From Escherichia coli (GTDB lineage Bacteria; Pseudomonadota; Gammaproteobacteria; Enterobacterales; Enterobacteriaceae): 64,000 nucleotides of DNA. This document shows positions 9,694 through 25,493 of this stretch, in pieces. The notes under the pieces are model-generated. The model searched no databases, was not told the origin of the DNA, and saw nothing but the letters and a program-made list of their open reading frames with translations. Positions within the stretch are counted from its first letter, which is position 1. Each line of letters begins with the position of its first letter. Made by a program: the position numbers and the translations under genes. The stretch lies in NCBI RefSeq assembly GCF_009931435.1, contig NZ_CP043414.1. One strand, 5' to 3'.

Positions 9694-11028
9694 TCACTCT
9701 TCTGTCGTTTGCGGTGGTACGCCTGTTCCGCTTGGTTTGCGTCGCTTACCAATATTTTTGGTATCGCGATGGCGTTTTTTCACCCGTGGCTTCTCTTTCT
9801 CTTTAGCCTTTTTCTTCTCGGCGCGTTTTGCCAGTACTTTCTTCGATGGCTTGCCGGTCTGCTTTTCGCTTGGCGCACGCGTTTTCGGGCGTAACTCATC
9901 AATAACGCGAGCTTTAATTGGCTCTTCAATATAGCGGCCTACTTTGCCCAGCAGCAGATGGTCATGAGCTTCAACCAGTGAAATCGCGGTTCCCTTACGA
10001 CCAGCGCGAGCAGTACGTCCGATACGGTGTAAATAAGTATCGCCACTGCGTGGCATATCGAAGTTAAAGACATGGCTGACATCCGGAATGTCGATACCGC
10101 GCGCGGCAACATCGGTGGCAACCAGTACGTTTACGCGACCTTCGGTCAGACGCTTGATCGCTTCGTTACGCTTGCCTTGTACCATCTCACCTTCGAGATA
10201 GCAGTTGTTGATGCCCGCTTCGCGCAACCAGTTTGCCAGTTCATGCACACGCTCACGCTTACGCACAAATACAATTGAGCGGGTCGCTTCCGGTTGTTTT
10301 AACAGATGCACCAGTAATGCGGTTTTATGTTCCAGGTCATCGGCGCGGTAATACCACTGATGAATTTTTTTGCGCTCACGGGTGGATGGATTCGCAGAAA
10401 CTTCCACCGGATCTTCAAGCAGACGCTCGGCAAAATCCTGAATGGCATCGCCTTCAAGCGTTGCCGAGAAGAGCAGGGTCTGTTTACGCCAGCGCGTTTC
10501 GCCCGCAATATGTTCGATATCCTGAGCAAAACCCATATCCAGCATTCGGTCTGCTTCGTCGAGGATCAGCGTTTCAACCGCGCGGCAATCGAAGTTCTCT
10601 TCTTTTATGTATTGCAGCAGACGTCCGGTCGTGGCAACCACGATATCCTGGTTTTCGCTGAATACTTCCGCGTGGTTCATATAGGCTACGCCGCCGGTGA
10701 TGGTGGCGATATCCAGATGCGTATGTTTCGCCAGTTCGCGGGCATGATCGGCCACCTGCATTGCCAGTTCTCGAGTCGGGGTGAGGATCAAAATACGCGG
10801 CGGACCGGATTTCTTTCGGGGGAAATCGAGCAGGTGCTGCAACGCTGGCAGCAGATACGCCGCCGTTTTACCGGTGCCTGTCGGCGCAGAACCGAGTACA
10901 TCACGGCCATCGAGCGCAGGCGGAATGGCGGCAGCCTGAATGGCGGTCGGGCGAGTGAAACCTTTATCCTGGAGGGCTTCCAGCAGGCTTTCGTCGAGTT
11001 CAAGTTCGGAAAAAGTCGTTACAGTCAT
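9694..11028 (-). CDS. srmB: ATP-dependent DEAD-box RNA helicase
   Basis: 444 aa; Q-motif, [10 protein letters not shown] Walker [19 protein letters not shown] box, lysine-rich C-terminal tail. Confidence 0.95.
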   Translation of the reverse strand: MTVTTFSELELDESLLEALQDKGFTRPTAIQAAAIPPALDGRDVLGSAPTGTGKTAAYLLPALQHLLDFPRKKSGPPRILILTPTRELAMQVADHARELAKHTHLDIATITGGVAYMNHAEVFSENQDIVVATTGRLLQYIKEENFDCRAVETLILDEADRMLDMGFAQDIEHIAGETRWRKQTLLFSATLEGDAIQDFAERLLEDPVEVSANPSTRERKKIHQWYYRADDLEHKTALLVHLLKQPEATRSIVFVRKRERVHELANWLREAGINNCYLEGEMVQGKRNEAIKRLTEGRVNVLVATDVAARGIDIPDVSHVFNFDMPRSGDTYLHRIGRTARAGRKGTAISLVEAHDHLLLGKVGRYIEEPIKARVIDELRPKTRAPSEKQTGKPSKKVLAKRAEKKKAKEKEKPRVKKRHRDTKNIGKRRKPSGTGVPPQTTEE

Positions 11029-11159
11029 GTTCTACCTCTGTGTGGGGCGCTGATTATAGACGTTACGGCTGCAATCTTCATCTGTTTGTATGGATATCGC
11101 TTCTCGGGTATTGTTCTCACCCGGTGCTATCGCCGTTTTTCCTGCAAGGTTTTATTTTC

Positions 11160-13513
<2,354 letters not shown>

Positions 13514-13792
13514 TTAATTTACTAAACATGGTTTGGTCAGCATAGCATCATGTTGTGCAATTAAACACCTGCTATTTTAATTTTTGTTACAGAGGCTAAA
13601 CAGACCGAATCACGGCGACGAGAAAACGAGAAGTTACTGGCTGGCGAAGGATTAGGTGGTGAAATAAAAAGGCCGTTGGGTTACTCTTCAGGCAGTTAAA
13701 TGGGCATTTCTACACAGATAATGCGATGTTCAGATTCTGTAGACTTATAATGATAGATAATAATCCGTCTACAGCATGACAAACAAAAACAG

Positions 13793-13915
13793 ATGCGTTA
13801 CGGAACTTTACAAAAACGAGACACTCTAACCCTTTGCTTGCTCAAATTGCAGCTAATGGAGTGGCGTTTCGATAGCGCGTGGAAATTTGGTTTGGGGAGA
13901 CTTTACCTCGGATGA
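13793..13915 (+). CDS. rseD: rpoE leader peptide / upstream ORF, stop overlaps rpoE start (ATGA)
   Basis: Frame +1 relative to rpoE reads MRYGTLQKRDTLTLCLLKLQLMEWRFDSAWKFGLGRLYLG*; TGA at 13913-13915 overlaps rpoE ATG 13912-13914; true start uncertain (upstream in-frame extension lacks an ATG; internal ATG at 13856). Confidence 0.45.
   Translation: MRYGTLQKRDTLTLCLLKLQLMEWRFDSAWKFGLGRLYLG
13802..13829 (+). promoter_or_regulatory. SigmaE-type promoter (-35 GGAACTT, 16-bp spacer, -10 TCTAA) upstream of rpoE
   Basis: Match to the sigmaE consensus GGAACTT-N16-TCTRA; position fits the autoregulated rpoE promoter. Confidence 0.6.
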
Positions 13916-14487
13916 GCGAGCAGTTAACGGACCAGGTCCTGGTTGAACGGGTCCAGAAGGGAGATCAGAAATCCTTTAACTTACTGGTAGTGCGCTATCA
14001 GCATAAAGTGGCGAGTCTGGTTTCCCGCTATGTGCCGTCGGGTGATGTTCCCGATGTGGTACAAGAAGCTTTTATTAAAGCCTATCGTGCGCTGGATTCG
14101 TTCCGGGGAGATAGCGCTTTTTATACATGGCTGTATCGGATTGCTGTAAATACAGCGAAAAATTACCTGGTTGCTCAGGGACGCCGTCCACCTTCCAGTG
14201 ATGTGGATGCCATTGAAGCTGAAAACTTCGAAAGTGGCGGCGCGTTGAAAGAAATTTCGAACCCTGAGAACTTAATGTTGTCAGAAGAACTGAGACAGAT
14301 AGTTTTCCGAACTATTGAGTCCCTCCCGGAAGATTTACGCATGGCAATAACCTTGCGGGAGCTGGATGGCCTGAGCTATGAAGAGATAGCCGCTATCATG
14401 GATTGTCCGGTAGGTACGGTGCGTTCACGTATCTTCCGAGCGAGGGAAGCTATTGATAACAAAGTTCAACCGCTTATCAGGCGTTGA
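13912..14487 (+). CDS. rpoE: ECF sigma factor sigmaE (sigma-24)
   Basis: ORF track starts at GTG 13879; conserved N-terminus MSEQLTDQVLVERVQKGD starts at ATG 13912 (191 aa); sigma-70 region 2 and 4. Confidence 0.95.
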   Translation: MSEQLTDQVLVERVQKGDQKSFNLLVVRYQHKVASLVSRYVPSGDVPDVVQEAFIKAYRALDSFRGDSAFYTWLYRIAVNTAKNYLVAQGRRPPSSDVDAIEAENFESGGALKEISNPENLMLSEELRQIVFRTIESLPEDLRMAITLRELDGLSYEEIAAIMDCPVGTVRSRIFRAREAIDNKVQPLIRR

Positions 14488-14519
14488 CGATAGCGGGATA
14501 CTGGATAAGGGTATTAGGC

Positions 14520-15170
14520 ATGCAGAAAGAACAACTTTCCGCTTTAATGGATGGCGAAACGCTGGATAGTGAGCTGCTTAACGAACTGGCTCATAACCCA
14601 GAAATGCAGAAAACCTGGGAAAGCTATCACTTAATCCGTGACTCAATGCGGGGTGATACTCCCGAGGTGCTCCATTTCGATATCTCTTCACGCATAATGG
14701 CCGCCATTGAAGAAGAGCCAGTACGTCAACCGGCGACACTGATCCCAGAGGCCCAGCCTGCGCCGCATCAATGGCAGAAAATGCCATTCTGGCAGAAAGT
14801 ACGTCCATGGGCGGCACAGCTTACCCAAATGGGCGTAGCAGCATGCGTATCGCTTGCAGTTATCGTTGGCGTCCAGCACTATAATGGGCAATCTGAAACG
14901 TCCCAGCAGCCCGAAACGCCAGTATTTAATACACTGCCGATGATGGGTAAAGCCAGCCCGGTTAGCCTGGGAGTACCTTCTGAAGCGACTGCAAACAATG
15001 GTCAACAGCAGCAGGTACAGGAGCAGCGTCGTCGCATTAATGCAATGTTGCAGGATTACGAACTGCAACGTCGACTCCACTCTGAACAGCTTCAGTTTGA
15101 GCAGGCCCAAACACAGCAAGCCGCTGTACAGGTGCCAGGAATTCAAACTTTAGGAACGCAATCGCAGTAA
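14520..15170 (+). CDS. rseA: Anti-sigmaE factor, single-pass inner membrane protein
   Basis: Start at ATG 14520 (MQKEQLSALMDGETLD, 216 aa); central TM segment; Q-rich C-terminus. Confidence 0.93.
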   Translation: MQKEQLSALMDGETLDSELLNELAHNPEMQKTWESYHLIRDSMRGDTPEVLHFDISSRIMAAIEEEPVRQPATLIPEAQPAPHQWQKMPFWQKVRPWAAQLTQMGVAACVSLAVIVGVQHYNGQSETSQQPETPVFNTLPMMGKASPVSLGVPSEATANNGQQQQVQEQRRRINAMLQDYELQRRLHSEQLQFEQAQTQQAAVQVPGIQTLGTQSQ

Positions 15171-16126
15171 TGAAGCAACTTTGGTTTGCCATGTCATTAG
15201 TGACAGGTAGCCTGTTATTCTCTGCTAACGCCTCGGCCACTCCCGCGTCCGGGGCGTTATTACAGCAGATGAACCTGGCCAGTCAGTCACTGAATTACGA
15301 GCTGTCATTCATCAGCATCAATAAACAGGGTGTTGAGTCTCTGCGTTATCGACATGCACGCCTCGATAACCGTCCTCTTGCACAATTGTTGCAAATGGAT
15401 GGCCCGCGCCGGGAAGTGGTACAGCGCGGCAATGAAATCAGCTACTTTGAACCGGGCCTTGAACCGTTCACGCTTAATGGCGATTACATTGTTGATTCTC
15501 TGCCATCGCTCATCTATACCGATTTCAAACGCCTTTCTCCTTACTACGACTTTATCTCCGTGGGACGCACGCGTATTGCTGATCGTCTTTGCGAAGTCAT
15601 TCGCGTGGTGGCCCGTGATGGCACACGCTACAGCTACATCGTGTGGATGGACACCGAATCGAAATTACCGATGCGGGTTGATCTCCTTGATCGCGATGGT
15701 GAAACGCTGGAACAATTTCGCGTGATTGCTTTTAACGTTAATCAGGATATCAGCAGCAGTATGCAGACGCTGGCGAAAGCAAATCTGCCGCCGCTGCTTT
15801 CTGTTCCTGTAGGTGAAAAAGCTAAATTCAGCTGGACGCCAACCTGGTTGCCACAGGGGTTTAGTGAGGTTTCCAGCAGCCGACGTCCGTTACCGACGAT
15901 GGACAACATGCCTATCGAATCACGTCTCTATTCCGACGGATTATTCAGCTTCTCGGTAAACGTTAACCGCGCTACGCCATCGAGCACCGATCAGATGTTG
16001 CGTACCGGACGCAGAACCGTCAGTACAAGCGTACGTGATAACGCCGAAATCACCATTGTCGGCGAACTGCCGCCGCAAACGGCGAAACGCATTGCCGAGA
16101 ATATTAAGTTCGGGGCAGCGCAATGA
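15170..16126 (+). CDS. rseB: Periplasmic regulator of sigmaE, binds RseA
   Basis: 318 aa with signal peptide; start overlaps rseA stop (TAATG). Confidence 0.93.
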   Translation: MKQLWFAMSLVTGSLLFSANASATPASGALLQQMNLASQSLNYELSFISINKQGVESLRYRHARLDNRPLAQLLQMDGPRREVVQRGNEISYFEPGLEPFTLNGDYIVDSLPSLIYTDFKRLSPYYDFISVGRTRIADRLCEVIRVVARDGTRYSYIVWMDTESKLPMRVDLLDRDGETLEQFRVIAFNVNQDISSSMQTLAKANLPPLLSVPVGEKAKFSWTPTWLPQGFSEVSSSRRPLPTMDNMPIESRLYSDGLFSFSVNVNRATPSSTDQMLRTGRRTVSTSVRDNAEITIVGELPPQTAKRIAENIKFGAAQ

Positions 16127-16602
16127 TCAAAGAGTGGGCTACGGTCGTCTCCTGGCAAAACGGGCAGGCGCTGGTCAGTTGTGATGTTAAAGCCTCATGC
16201 AGCAGCTGTGCTTCCCGTGTCGGTTGCGGTAGCCGCGTGCTGAATAAACTTGGCCCACAAACCACGCATACCATTGTCGTACCCTGTGATGAACCGTTAG
16301 TGCCGGGGCAAAAAGTGGAATTAGGAATCACCGAAGGCAGCCTGCTTAGCTCCGCATTACTGGTTTATATGTCGCCGTTGGTGGGATTATTCCTCATCGC
16401 TTCGTTATTTCAGCTACTCTTTGCTTCAGATCTTGCAGCATTATGCGGTGCGATTCTCGGCGGCGTTGGTGGATTCCTGATTGCACGCGGCTACTCGCGA
16501 AAGTTTGCTGCCCGGGCGGAATGGCAACCGATCATCTTAAGCGTGGCATTGCCGCCAGGCCTTGTGCGATTTGAAACATCTTCGGAAGACGCGAGCCAGT
16601 GA
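16123..16602 (+). CDS. rseC: SoxR-reducing system / sigmaE regulatory membrane protein
   Basis: 159 aa; 4-nt overlap with rseB; cysteine cluster CDVKASCSSCASRVGCG then TM helices. Confidence 0.9.
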   Translation: MIKEWATVVSWQNGQALVSCDVKASCSSCASRVGCGSRVLNKLGPQTTHTIVVPCDEPLVPGQKVELGITEGSLLSSALLVYMSPLVGLFLIASLFQLLFASDLAALCGAILGGVGGFLIARGYSRKFAARAEWQPIILSVALPPGLVRFETSSEDASQ

Positions 16603-16799
16603 TTTCACTGGCTTTGTTGCATTTTGCATAACAAATGCGAGGACGTTTCCAGATACCACAATCCATACGGTATGAACATTTCCTCGCCTCAATGTTGTAG
16701 TGTAGAATGCGGCGTTTCTATTAATACAGACGTTAAGCTCAGAACAGCGACTTCTAAAAGCCTGGTTAACCGGGCATTAAGGCACAATAATCATACTTT

Positions 16800-18599
<1,800 letters not shown>

Positions 18600-18614
18600 C
18601 CCTTAGGAGTTGGC

Positions 18615-19589
18615 ATGGCGAATATGTTTGCCCTCATTCTGGTGATTGCCACACTGGTGACGGGCATTTTATGGTGCGTGGATAAATTCTTTTTCGCACC
18701 TAAGCGACGGGAACGTCAGGCAGCGGCTCAAGCGGCTGCTGGTGACTCACTGGATAAAGCAACGCTGAAAAAAGTTGCGCCGAAGCCTGGCTGGCTGGAA
18801 ACCGGGGCTTCTGTTTTTCCGGTACTGGCTATTGTATTGATTGTGCGTTCGTTTATTTATGAACCGTTCCAGATCCCGTCAGGTTCGATGATGCCGACTC
18901 TGTTAATCGGTGACTTTATTCTGGTAGAAAAGTTTGCTTACGGCATTAAAGATCCTATCTACCAGAAAACGCTGATCGAAACCGGTCATCCGAAACGTGG
19001 CGATATCGTGGTCTTTAAATACCCGGAAGATCCAAAGCTTGATTACATCAAGCGTGCGGTGGGTTTACCGGGCGATAAAGTCACTTACGATCCGGTTTCA
19101 AAAGAGCTGACGATTCAGCCGGGATGCAGTTCCGGTCAGGCGTGTGAAAACGCGCTGCCGGTCACCTACTCAAACGTGGAACCGAGCGATTTCGTTCAGA
19201 CCTTCTCGCGCCGTAATGGTGGGGAAGCAACCAGCGGATTCTTTGAAGTGCCGAAAAACGAAACCAAAGAAAATGGAATTCGTCTTTCCGAGCGTAAAGA
19301 GACTCTGGGTGATGTGACGCACCGTATTCTGACAGTGCCGATTGCGCAGGATCAGGTGGGGATGTATTACCAGCAGCCAGGGCAACAACTGGCAACCTGG
19401 ATTGTTCCACCGGGCCAATACTTCATGATGGGTGACAACCGTGACAACAGCGCGGACAGCCGTTACTGGGGCTTTGTGCCGGAAGCGAATTTGGTAGGTC
19501 GGGCAACGGCTATCTGGATGAGTTTCGATAAGCAAGAAGGCGAATGGCCGACTGGTGTGCGCTTAAGTCGTATTGGCGGCATCCATTAA
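18615..19589 (+). CDS. lepB: Signal peptidase I
   Basis: 324 aa; catalytic SGSMMPTL and GDNRDNSADSRYWGFVP boxes; 15 bp after lepA. Confidence 0.96.
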   Translation: MANMFALILVIATLVTGILWCVDKFFFAPKRRERQAAAQAAAGDSLDKATLKKVAPKPGWLETGASVFPVLAIVLIVRSFIYEPFQIPSGSMMPTLLIGDFILVEKFAYGIKDPIYQKTLIETGHPKRGDIVVFKYPEDPKLDYIKRAVGLPGDKVTYDPVSKELTIQPGCSSGQACENALPVTYSNVEPSDFVQTFSRRNGGEATSGFFEVPKNETKENGIRLSERKETLGDVTHRILTVPIAQDQVGMYYQQPGQQLATWIVPPGQYFMMGDNRDNSADSRYWGFVPEANLVGRATAIWMSFDKQEGEWPTGVRLSRIGGIH

Positions 19590-19734
19590 TAGCTTATCTT
19601 CGTTCACGTTGTCGCCGTTATGGCGACAACGTGAATTATTTATGAGATAAATCCCCCGTGGCTAACGACATCCCCCGTCGTTGTGTATAGAATATTCCCC
19701 CGAAGTTTAAGGTTGGCACCTCCAGGTTGCCACG

Positions 19735-19828
19735 GCACACGAAACAGCGTTGGTCCCCATATACCGGTAAACTGAAACTGCAGCGAAGCAGTTAGCAGAG
19801 CCATGTATATCAGGTCTGTTTCGTGTGC
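19735..19828 (+). promoter_or_regulatory. rnc 5' leader long-range stem-loop (candidate RNase III autoregulatory site)
   Basis: Perfect 13-nt inverted repeat GCACACGAAACAG (19735-19747) / CTGTTTCGTGTGC (19816-19828) enclosing smaller stems, ending 34 nt upstream of rnc ATG. Confidence 0.5.
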
Positions 19829-19831
19829 TGA

Positions 19832-21444
<1,613 letters not shown>

Positions 21445-21446
21445 TT

Positions 21447-21575
21447 AGCATACTCTATGACTTTCGAGGTGCAGGAAGGCGGCAAGACCGTGAATCCCTG
21501 GGAGCTTACTAAAGTAAGTGACCAGGGTGAACGGGTGCAGCCAAGGCACCTGCAACTTGAAAGGCGACGAGTATG
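21447..21575. repeat. ERIC (IRU) enterobacterial repetitive intergenic consensus element
   Basis: ~129-bp imperfect palindrome; core GTGAATCCCTGGGAGCTTACTAAAGTAAGTGACCAGGGTGAACG matches the ERIC1R/ERIC2 primer region; fills the whole era-recO spacer. Confidence 0.7.
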
Positions 21576-22304
21576 ATGGAAGGCTGGCAGCGCGCATTCG
21601 TATTGCATAGTCGCCCGTGGAGCGAAACCAGCCTGATGCTGGACGTCTTCACGGAGGAATCGGGTCGCGTGCGTCTGGTTGCCAAAGGCGCACGCTCTAA
21701 ACGCTCTACTCTGAAAGGTGCATTACAGCCCTTCACTCCTCTCTTGCTACGTTTTGGCGGGCGTGGCGAAGTCAAAACGCTGCGCAGTGCTGAAGCTGTC
21801 TCGCTGGCGCTGCCATTAAGCGGTATCACCCTTTACAGTGGTTTGTACATTAACGAACTTCTCTCCCGCGTGCTGGAATACGAGACGCGCTTCTCTGAAC
21901 TCTTTTTCGATTACTTGCACTGCATTCAGTCTCTTGCAGGTGCCACTGGTACGCCAGAACCCGCGCTGCGCCGCTTTGAACTGGCACTGCTCGGGCATCT
22001 GGGCTATGGCGTCAATTTTACCCATTGTGCGGGTAGCGGCGAGCCGGTAGATGACACCATGACGTATCGTTATCGCGAAGAAAAAGGGTTTATCGCAAGT
22101 GTCGTTATCGATAATAAAACGTTCACCGGAAGGCAGTTAAAAGCGTTAAACGCGCGGGAATTTCCTGACGCAGACACACTGCGCGCCGCGAAACGCTTTA
22201 CCCGCATGGCGCTAAAGCCGTATCTTGGCGGTAAACCATTAAAGAGCAGGGAACTGTTCCGGCAGTTTATGCCTAAGCGAACGGTGAAAACACATTATGA
22301 ATGA
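21576..22304 (+). CDS. recO: DNA repair protein RecO
   Basis: 242 aa from ATG 21576 ([20 protein letters not shown]); ORF track starts one codon earlier. Confidence 0.9.
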
Positions 22305-22315
22305 TGAGGATTGTC

Positions 22316-23047
22316 ATGGCTGAATTACTGTTAGGCGTCAACATTGACCATATTGCAACGCTGCGTAACGCACGTGGTACTGCTTACCCGGATCCGGTGC
22401 AGGCGGCGTTTATTGCTGAGCAGGCGGGGGCGGATGGCATTACCGTGCATCTACGTGAAGATCGTCGCCACATTACCGACCGCGACGTGCGCATCCTGCG
22501 TCAGACGCTGGATACCCGCATGAATCTGGAGATGGCGGTGACCGAAGAGATGCTGGCGATCGCCGTTGAAATAAAGCCGCATTTTTGCTGCCTGGTACCT
22601 GAAAAGCGCCAGGAAGTCACAACCGAAGGTGGCCTGGACGTCGCAGGGCAGCGTGACAAAATGCGCGATGCCTGTAAACGTCTGGCGGATGCCGGGATTC
22701 AGGTTTCTCTGTTTATCGACGCCGATGAAGAGCAGATCAAAGCCGCGGCAGAGGTTGGCGCACCGTTTATTGAGATCCACACCGGTTGCTATGCCGATGC
22801 CAAAACTGACGCCGAACAGGCGCAAGAGCTGGCGCGCATTACGAAAGCCGCGACCTTTGCGGCAAGCCTCGGTCTGAAAGTTAACGCCGGACACGGTCTG
22901 ACCTATCACAACGTGAAAGCCATTGCCGCCATTCCTGAGATGCACGAACTGAATATCGGTCATGCCATTATTGGTCGTGCAGTGATGACCGGACTGAAAG
23001 ATGCGGTGGCAGAAATGAAGCGTTTGATGCTGGAAGCGCGTGGCTAA
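22316..23047 (+). CDS. pdxJ: Pyridoxine 5'-phosphate synthase
   Basis: Start at ATG 22316 ([21 protein letters not shown], 243 aa); TIM-barrel PdxJ signature. Confidence 0.93.
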   Translation: MAELLLGVNIDHIATLRNARGTAYPDPVQAAFIAEQAGADGITVHLREDRRHITDRDVRILRQTLDTRMNLEMAVTEEMLAIAVEIKPHFCCLVPEKRQEVTTEGGLDVAGQRDKMRDACKRLADAGIQVSLFIDADEEQIKAAAEVGAPFIEIHTGCYADAKTDAEQAQELARITKAATFAASLGLKVNAGHGLTYHNVKAIAAIPEMHELNIGHAIIGRAVMTGLKDAVAEMKRLMLEARG

Positions 23048-23427
23048 TGGCAATATTAGGTTTAGGCACGGATATCGTGGAGATCGCTCGCATAGAAGCG
23101 GTGATCGCCCGATCCGGTGAGCGCCTGGCACGTCGCGTATTAAGCGATAACGAATGGGAAATCTGGAAAACGCACCACCAGCCGGTGCGTTTTCTGGCGA
23201 AACGCTTTGCCGTAAAAGAAGCCGCAGCAAAAGCGTTTGGCACCGGGATCCGCAATGGTCTGGCGTTTAATCAGTTTGAAGTATTTAACGATGAGCTTGG
23301 TAAGCCACGGCTGCGACTGTGGGGCGAGGCATTAAAACTGGCGGAAAAGCTCGGCGTTGTAAATATGCATGTAACGCTGGCAGATGAGCGCCACTATGCT
23401 TGTGCCACGGTAATTATCGAAAGTTAA
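23047..23427 (+). CDS. acpS: Holo-[acyl-carrier-protein] synthase
   Basis: 126 aa; [18 protein letters not shown]-terminus; start overlaps pdxJ stop. Confidence 0.95.
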   Translation: MAILGLGTDIVEIARIEAVIARSGERLARRVLSDNEWEIWKTHHQPVRFLAKRFAVKEAAAKAFGTGIRNGLAFNQFEVFNDELGKPRLRLWGEALKLAEKLGVVNMHVTLADERHYACATVIIES

Positions 23428-23452
23428 AATAATATCGTTCTCTTTAAAAAGT

Positions 23453-23490
23453 AAAACCCCCGAACTGGTAAGGAACGGGGGTTTTACTTT
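23453..23490 (+). terminator. Intrinsic terminator after acpS (palindromic, possibly bidirectional)
   Basis: AAAACCCCCGAACTGGTAAGGAACGGGGGTTTTACTTT: 5-bp G/C stem flanked by A-run and T-run. Confidence 0.65.
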
Positions 23491-23846
23491 ACAACTTTAA
23501 TTTTGTGCAGCACACGATTCCAACAAAAATGATTATGGATCAATTTAGTTATCCTGTACAAGCAACTTGCAATCTTTAGCATAAAAACTCGAGCCTTTAC
23601 GAAGAAATCGATATTGATGAAAAGATTAACGTGACCGCTTTTTGATAAGTACATTAGAATCGGCGTCGTTATTGGATATTTTGCTGTGTTCTACGCCATG
23701 CCACTGAATTCCCCCATTGAAACGAGTGGTGTCGTCAAAGCTCTGGTGTGGAGTGCGGCACTCGATTCCAATAACTCGCACGTTCAGTTTTGGGGAGATG
23801 TAAGGGCTAATCTGAACGGCTGCATTCCTTGTTTAAGGAAAAACGA

Positions 23847-23927
23847 ATGACTGATTGCCGATACCTGATTAAACGGGTCATTAAAGTCGTCATTGCTGTT
23901 TTACAGCTGATCCTTCTGTTCTTGTAA
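23847..23927 (+). CDS. shoB: Type I toxin-antitoxin small hydrophobic toxic peptide (26 aa)
   Basis: ATG 23847 to TAA 23925-23927 encodes MTDCRYLIKRVIKVVIAVLQLILLFL; SD-like AAGGAAAAA upstream; in the acpS-yfhL spacer where shoB/ohsC is known; below the ORF-track size cutoff. Confidence 0.85.
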   Translation: MTDCRYLIKRVIKVVIAVLQLILLFL

Positions 23928-23944
23928 CACCAGGAAACGTACTT

Positions 23945-23985
23945 AAGGCGCGTCAGGTTAACCAGCCAGGCGCGCCTTTAATAAT
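23945..23985 (+). terminator. Candidate terminator hairpin downstream of shoB
   Basis: AAGGCGCG ... CGCGCCTT inverted repeat followed by TTTAATAATT; U-tract weak. Confidence 0.4.
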
Positions 23986-24120
23986 TAGACGTAAGTGTCG
24001 GCGTATATATTATCGGAATTCATTTAATGAATATATTCATTAATGACATCATGGAAATGAATATGTAACTTTCGCTTTTATACGAGCAAATAAGCAATAT
24101 CCTGCTCATAGAGCAAAATA

Positions 24121-24417
<297 letters not shown>

Positions 24418-24436
24418 TTATACGCGCATTCTTTAC

Positions 24437-25285
24437 TCAAACCAGTTTTTTCACCAGCGCTTCACTATGACGAATACGTTCTGGTGCCAGTTCCAGATCC
24501 TGCTGAATCAGCGCAATGAACAGTAAATCCGTTAACATTCCCTGAGCGTGACAAGCAGAGATTGCAGCACTGTTTGTCGCTTGTTCTTCGGCAATGGTAT
24601 ACAGGCAGTGAGAAGCGCGTTGTTGCAGGGCATTGGGAGTAAAGCCGGTAATTGCCATCACTTTTCCGCCCACTCGCAGCATCTCATCTGCCGCCAGGTT
24701 TAACTCGCGTCGTACACCAGTGTAGGAAATGGCTAATAACAGATCGTCAGGGGACGACGCCTGGACTGTGGCGAGTAGCGCATGCATATCGCGCACTGCG
24801 GCGGCATTGAAGCCAATCTTCATCAGCTTCCAGGCAAAGTTTTGCGCCACCAGACCCGAAGCGCCAATACCGGTCAGAATTATCCGCCGCGCAGAGCGCA
24901 ACATTGCCACGCCTTCATGCAGTTTCTCTTCACTATTAACGTTTAGCGTTGCGTACATGGCGGCAGTATTTTCTTTAATCAGTTTTTCGCCGACCAGCCG
25001 TAACGGATCATCACCACGGATTTGGTTATGAATGGGCACAGAAGGGGATTCCGGCTGGCTTGCCAGCGCTTCACTCAACGCCAACTTCAATGCCGGAAAA
25101 CCTTTATAGCCGAGTTTTTGCGCGAACTTCACGACGCTGGACTGACTGACTCCGGCTTCGTTGGCCAGTTGCTGAGAGCTTAAATGGCGCGCCGTATCAG
25201 GTTGTAGTAGCAAATAGTCCGCCAGTTTTTTATCACTCTGGGCAAGCCCCTGGTAACGCTGACGGATACGAAGTAAGCCGTTCAT
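24437..25285 (-). CDS. yfhH: RpiR/MurR-family transcriptional regulator (HTH + SIS domain)
   Basis: Start at ATG 25285 (MNGLLRIRQRYQGLAQSDKKLADYLL, 282 aa); SIS domain in C-terminal half. Confidence 0.85.
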   Translation of the reverse strand: MNGLLRIRQRYQGLAQSDKKLADYLLLQPDTARHLSSQQLANEAGVSQSSVVKFAQKLGYKGFPALKLALSEALASQPESPSVPIHNQIRGDDPLRLVGEKLIKENTAAMYATLNVNSEEKLHEGVAMLRSARRIILTGIGASGLVAQNFAWKLMKIGFNAAAVRDMHALLATVQASSPDDLLLAISYTGVRRELNLAADEMLRVGGKVMAITGFTPNALQQRASHCLYTIAEEQATNSAAISACHAQGMLTDLLFIALIQQDLELAPERIRHSEALVKKLV

Positions 25286-25493
25286 ATCTTTCCTCGCGAT
25301 GAAATTATGGCGACAACAGGCAATATGAAACACACGCGAGTGAATTTTATATTCCATTGCTGCTAATTGCCATGAATTAAAAATTCCAGATAGCCATGAT
25401 GCAGTCGATTGTTGCCGGAAAAGTGATGATCTATCTGTTAGGCTATGTAGTAGCGAAGATTAATCAGGATGTTTCAGTCCAGAGGAGTATGGT

